Shown here: positions 31,915-35,301 of the stretch, one piece after another
Layout: each line of letters begins with the position of its first letter
Position numbering within the stretch: the first letter of the stretch is position 1
Assembly: GCA_045647445.1 (NCBI GenBank)
Contig: JAZRMJ010000148.1
Location: forward strand, 1 to 35,301
Length of the DNA: 35,301 bases
Origin: Acutalibacteraceae bacterium
GTDB lineage: Bacteria > Bacillota > Clostridia > Oscillospirales > Acutalibacteraceae
Reading direction: 5' to 3'
Translations under genes and position numbers: made by a program
The notes under the pieces: generated by a model
Told to the model about the DNA's origin: nothing
Seen by the model: the letters and a program-made list of their open reading frames with translations, nothing else
The model's database searches: none

Positions 31915-33927
31915 TTAACTTAGTTTTTTAAATATATCTGAATTATCGAGCTGCATTTTGCCATCCACAGGGTTAAGGGTGATTTTAAGCTCTGAGCCGT
32001 TTGAGGCGCAAATGATAATGCCAAGCTGCGAGAGCACCTCAAGCGATACCCTCATCTTAAAATAATCCAGCTTGCAGTGAATCATGAGCGCTTCCTCGTT
32101 GCCCGAGAAGCCACCTGCTATTGCACGATAAACTTGAGCCACGTCATCTCTTGAGAGCGTTTTGCCCTCGGCCTCTTCATCGCGCATAACCCTCTCAAAC
32201 ATACGAATGTCGCAAAGCACCTGCTCTTCATCAAGCCCTGAGGGGCGAATGCCCTTAGTGGTCAGCGATACCTGCTCATGGCCCATATATTCGTTAATAT
32301 CAGCGTTAACAGCAAGGTCAATCTTGTCGCCGATTTTGTAACCAAAAGAATCTAATGTGCAGTTAAAATGCATAACCGTTGCGCTCGCACCATCTCGGCT
32401 AACCTCTAATTTAAGGTGGTTTGCGCTCGCACCCACAGCCGATATGCGATCAAGCTTCATGCCGAAAAGGCCAAACACGGGAGTGGGGTTGCCCGTGCCA
32501 AAGGGAGCGAGCACCTCAAGCGAGCGCACAAGCTCAACATCAAAGGCAGAGGGACGGAGCTTGCAATCAATGCTTAAAAGGTCAAAAGGCATATCGCCAT
32601 AAACATTTTTGGCATATTCGTTGATTTTGAGCCTAAACTCATCAACCTTATCTATATTAAGAGATAAGCCTGCAGCCTGAGCGTGGCCACCAAAGCGAAC
32701 AAGTAATTCTTTGCAGGATGCAATGGCATCATATAGCGAGAAATCGCCAACGCTACGAGCTGAGCCCACTGCTAAGCCATCATCATCCGACAAAATTATG
32801 GCAGGTCGACCGTAGCGACTGCAAATTCTCGATGCAACAATTCCTATCACTCCATGGTGCCAGCCCTTACCACAAACGACGATAACACGGTCATATTGCA
32901 TGTTGTTGCTCTCAATAAGCTTGATAGCCTGAGCCGATATATCTCTTTCCATCTGCTGACGGATTGCGTTTGCATCGTTAACCTCACCTGCAAGCTTAAT
33001 TACAGCCTCAGGGTCATCCTCAGTCAAAAGGCGTACTGCTCTCAAACAGCTACCCACTCTGCCTGCAGCGTTAAGTCGAGGCGCAATGCCGTAGCTGACG
33101 GTTGATGCGCTGACTGCTCTCTTGCGAAGCCCTGCAGAGTCAATGATAGCACCAAAGCCGGGTCGAGCCGACTCAATGTTTTCAAGGCCATGCTTGACTA
33201 TAAGACGGTTTTCGCCCGTCAGCTTCATAACATCGGCTATTGTGCCAACGGCGGCAAGGTCGGCGAATTTAGCGCACATCTCTTCACCGCTGACCCCCTC
33301 AAGGGCGCAAACGAGCTTGAATGCAACTCCTGCGCCTGCATACTCCTTAAAGGAACTGGGGCAATCGACCCTGTGAGGGTCAACCACAGCAACTGCGTTG
33401 GGCAATTCACCTTGGGGAAGGTGGTGGTCGGTCACAACCGTATCAATGCCGAGTGAGGTTGCGTGAGCCACCTCTTTGGGTGCAGTAATACCGTTATCGA
33501 CCGTAACTATTAATTTAATTCCGAGCTCGGCCATTTTATCAACAGCCGCAATATTAAGCCCGTAACCCTCGTCACGCTCGGGTACCATATAAATAACTTC
33601 TGCCCCTAGTTTTTTGAGGTAGGTATAAAGAATGGCGGTCGACGTTACACCGTCGGCATCATAGTCGCCGTAAACGCAAATGCGCTCACCTTTACTGAGA
33701 GCCGAATTAATGCGCTCTACAGCCTTATCCATATCGATAAGCTCAAATGGGTCGCTAAGCTGTTGGTCGTCAGATAAAAATTCTTCTACCTCAAAGGGGT
33801 CACAGATACCGCGAGAAACGAGAATAAGCGCAACAAGAGCGTCGATATCGCACTCCTGCGCAAGTTCACGGGCAAGAGCTTTGTCATAAGAGGCTACCAG
33901 CCACCGTTTTCTGCTCAAATCTATCAC
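31915..33927 (-). CDS. recJ: Single-stranded-DNA-specific exonuclease RecJ
   Basis: DHH motifs (ICVYGDYDADGVTS, VTVDNG, VVTDHH). DHHA1 (FGGHAQAAG). C-terminal OB-like extension. The start is ambiguous. GTG at comp 33925-33927 overlaps the GGAG RBS, so TTG at comp 33916-33918 is more likely. Confidence 0.9.
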   Translation of the reverse strand: MIDLSRKRWLVASYDKALARELAQECDIDALVALILVSRGICDPFEVEEFLSDDQQLSDPFELIDMDKAVERINSALSKGERICVYGDYDADGVTSTAILYTYLKKLGAEVIYMVPERDEGYGLNIAAVDKMAELGIKLIVTVDNGITAPKEVAHATSLGIDTVVTDHHLPQGELPNAVAVVDPHRVDCPSSFKEYAGAGVAFKLVCALEGVSGEEMCAKFADLAAVGTIADVMKLTGENRLIVKHGLENIESARPGFGAIIDSAGLRKRAVSASTVSYGIAPRLNAAGRVGSCLRAVRLLTEDDPEAVIKLAGEVNDANAIRQQMERDISAQAIKLIESNNMQYDRVIVVCGKGWHHGVIGIVASRICSRYGRPAIILSDDDGLAVGSARSVGDFSLYDAIASCKELLVRFGGHAQAAGLSLNIDKVDEFRLKINEYAKNVYGDMPFDLLSIDCKLRPSAFDVELVRSLEVLAPFGTGNPTPVFGLFGMKLDRISAVGASANHLKLEVSRDGASATVMHFNCTLDSFGYKIGDKIDLAVNADINEYMGHEQVSLTTKGIRPSGLDEEQVLCDIRMFERVMRDEEAEGKTLSRDDVAQVYRAIAGGFSGNEEALMIHCKLDYFKMRVSLEVLSQLGIIICASNGSELKITLNPVDGKMQLDNSDIFKKLS

Positions 33928-33957
33928 TCCGAAAAAACATGATTATGTATAAGATTC

Positions 33958-33986
33958 ATTCTACCACATCAGGTCGATAAGGGCAA
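33958..33986 (-). promoter_or_regulatory. Candidate extended -10 sigma-A promoter of the recJ operon
   Basis: On the minus strand, TTGCCC (comp 33981-33986), a 17-nt spacer ending in TGG, then TAGAAT (comp 33958-33963). This reads TGgTAGAAT, an extended -10. Confidence 0.5.
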
Positions 33987-34011
33987 TAATAAATATTGGA
34001 TTTTGAGCAAC

Positions 34012-34050
34012 AAAAAACCTCTCAAAGATTGACTTTGAGAGGTTTTTTTT
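34012..34050. terminator. Rho-independent terminator downstream of the putP-like gene (symmetric A/T flanks)
   Basis: A6, then stem CCTCTCAAAG (34018-34027), a 5-nt loop, stem CTTTGAGAGG (34033-34042), then T8. Confidence 0.85.
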
Positions 34051-34058
34051 AAACTTAA

Positions 34059-35301
34059 TTAGTCGTCGATTGCCTTGTTGGTAGCGTTGTTGTAAATTGC
34101 GAGCACCTCTTCAGAGGGAGCAGCAGTGCAAAGAGTAACAACGATAGAGACTATCATACCAATGATAAAGCCGGGCACAATCTCATAAACACCGGTGGGG
34201 GTGATGATTGCCTTGCCAATGGTGTTGGTCAGCAGCACGAGCCATGCAATGTCAGCAACAGCACCTGCGATGATGCCTGCAACAGCACCTGCGTAGTTAA
34301 AGCGCTTCCAGAAGAGGGAGAGAATAACAACAGGGCCAAATGCAGAGCCAAACAGACCCCAAGCGTGTTCAACCATTGCCATAATGTTAGATGCCCATGA
34401 AGCGTTATCGCTAAGACCGCTTGATGCAATTATAAAGGCAACAACCGAAACAATAACAACTACTACACGGCCAACCCACATGGTCTCTTTTTCGCCTGCC
34501 TTATTCTTGCGAATAAGAGGCTTATAGAGGTCGCTTGTGAATGATGAGGATGCAACAAGCAGCTGACTGTCGGCAGTGGACATAGATGCAGCGATTATAG
34601 CAGCAAGCATGACGCCTGCAATAAAGGCGGGGAAGATATCGCCAACGATGTTAATAAATACATTCTTTTGCAGATTGGGCAAAAGCTCGTTAGCAAGAGC
34701 AGAGCCATCACTCATAATAAAGGAGCGACCGAGATAGGCAATCACAACAGCAGCACCGAGAGTGAGAATAACCCAAACTATAGCAACGGTTGCAGACTTT
34801 TTAATCATAGAGCTCTTTTTGATAGCCATAAAGCGAACGAGAATGTGGGGCATACCAAAGTAGCCGAGACCCCAGCCGAGACCTGAAACTATCTCTTGCC
34901 AAGAGGCAGCAAAGGGGTTGGTGCCGAATGCTTTTACTCCCTCTTTGAAAACGCCGTTATAAGACTCATCAAAGGTGCCTGTAGCGACCATAACAATCGG
35001 CACAGCCAAGAGAGCGATAAGCATTAAAATGCCCTGAAAAAAGTCAGTCCAGCAAACGGCTTTGTAGCCACCGAGGAAGGTGTAAATAAGAATAAGAACT
35101 GCAAAGATGATCATAGCAAGAAGCTGATGATTTGCAAACCACGGAATAACTGCAACAAAAACAGCAGTTCCTGCGCTGAACGCAGATGCAACGTAAACGG
35201 TGAAGCTAATCAAAAAGATGATAGCGCAAACCACCTTAAGAGCAGGGCTTGAAGATGCAAAACGGTTGGTAAGATACTGAGGCAGGGTGATGGAGTCGCC
35301 C
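34059..35301 (-). CDS. putP: Sodium:solute symporter family protein (sodium/proline symporter PutP-like); the N-terminus lies outside the window
   Basis: The reading frame stays open to the window edge. Upstream of the ORF-track start it reads GDSITLPQYLTNRFASSSPALKVVC. SSF motifs follow: GGYKAVCWTDFFQG, GYFGMPHILVRFMA and SMSTADSQLL. Many TM helices. Confidence 0.85.
   Translation of the reverse strand, partial: GDSITLPQYLTNRFASSSPALKVVCAIIFLISFTVYVASAFSAGTAVFVAVIPWFANHQLLAMIIFAVLILIYTFLGGYKAVCWTDFFQGILMLIALLAVPIVMVATGTFDESYNGVFKEGVKAFGTNPFAASWQEIVSGLGWGLGYFGMPHILVRFMAIKKSSMIKKSATVAIVWVILTLGAAVVIAYLGRSFIMSDGSALANELLPNLQKNVFINIVGDIFPAFIAGVMLAAIIAASMSTADSQLLVASSSFTSDLYKPLIRKNKAGEKETMWVGRVVVVIVSVVAFIIASSGLSDNASWASNIMAMVEHAWGLFGSAFGPVVILSLFWKRFNYAGAVAGIIAGAVADIAWLVLLTNTIGKAIITPTGVYEIVPGFIIGMIVSIVVTLCTAAPSEEVLAIYNNATNKAIDD

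Noticed and set aside
1-35301. Search for CRISPR arrays, tRNA or rRNA genes, IS elements, integrases, prophage or toxin-antitoxin / defence genes, and long direct or inverted repeats
   Set aside because: I found none by reading the sequence and ORFs. Every ORF over 200 aa is accounted for by a metabolic, transport, regulatory or housekeeping family. Intergenic regions are short, at most 131 nt apart from the 163-nt atpase-kdgK divergent region and the 305-nt riboswitch leader. A computational repeat and tRNA scan was not possible here, so small elements could have been missed.

Overview
This is a 35.3-kb, densely coding chromosomal segment. It looks like a Gram-positive, spore-forming anaerobe of Clostridia type. 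That placement is inferred from spoVAE, hemZ, lipobox lipoproteins, GGAGG-type RBSs and many 1-4 nt gene overlaps.

I can support 30 protein-coding genes (two cut by the window edges), one cobalamin riboswitch, six rho-independent and mostly bidirectional terminators, and several sigma-A-like promoters.

Gene content, left to right:
- A URO-D/MtaA-like methyltransferase, a PocR-AraC regulator and a divergent URO-D-fold paralog.
- dut and a phosphohexomutase.
- A P-type ATPase translationally coupled to a histidine phosphatase.
- kdgK.
- A B12-riboswitch-controlled DUF4430 lipoprotein.
- spoVAE, a nucleotidyltransferase and an SPFH/prohibitin protein.
- A maltodextrin operon (malQ-glgP-malEFG-like) with an appended membrane alpha/beta hydrolase.
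- A 2-hydroxyacid dehydrogenase followed directly by a LicD-family protein.
- An AraC-controlled alpha-galactosidase locus: GH27, a 71-aa Cys-rich mini-protein and a GH36-like enzyme.
- The recJ-rel-dtd-MBL-hemZ operon.
- A truncated putP-like symporter.

I saw no rRNA, tRNA, CRISPR array, transposase or integrase, phage genes, recognisable defence genes or long repeats.

The window is mostly core and carbohydrate metabolism, and I do not see a convincing novel multi-gene system. The best checkable leads are:
1. The orphan riboswitch-plus-DUF4430 unit.
2. The 6-Cys mini-protein wedged between two clan GH-D hydrolases.
3. The PocR regulator flanked by two URO-D-fold genes, one of which lacks the zinc ligands.

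All family assignments come from reading motifs by eye. No database search was run.
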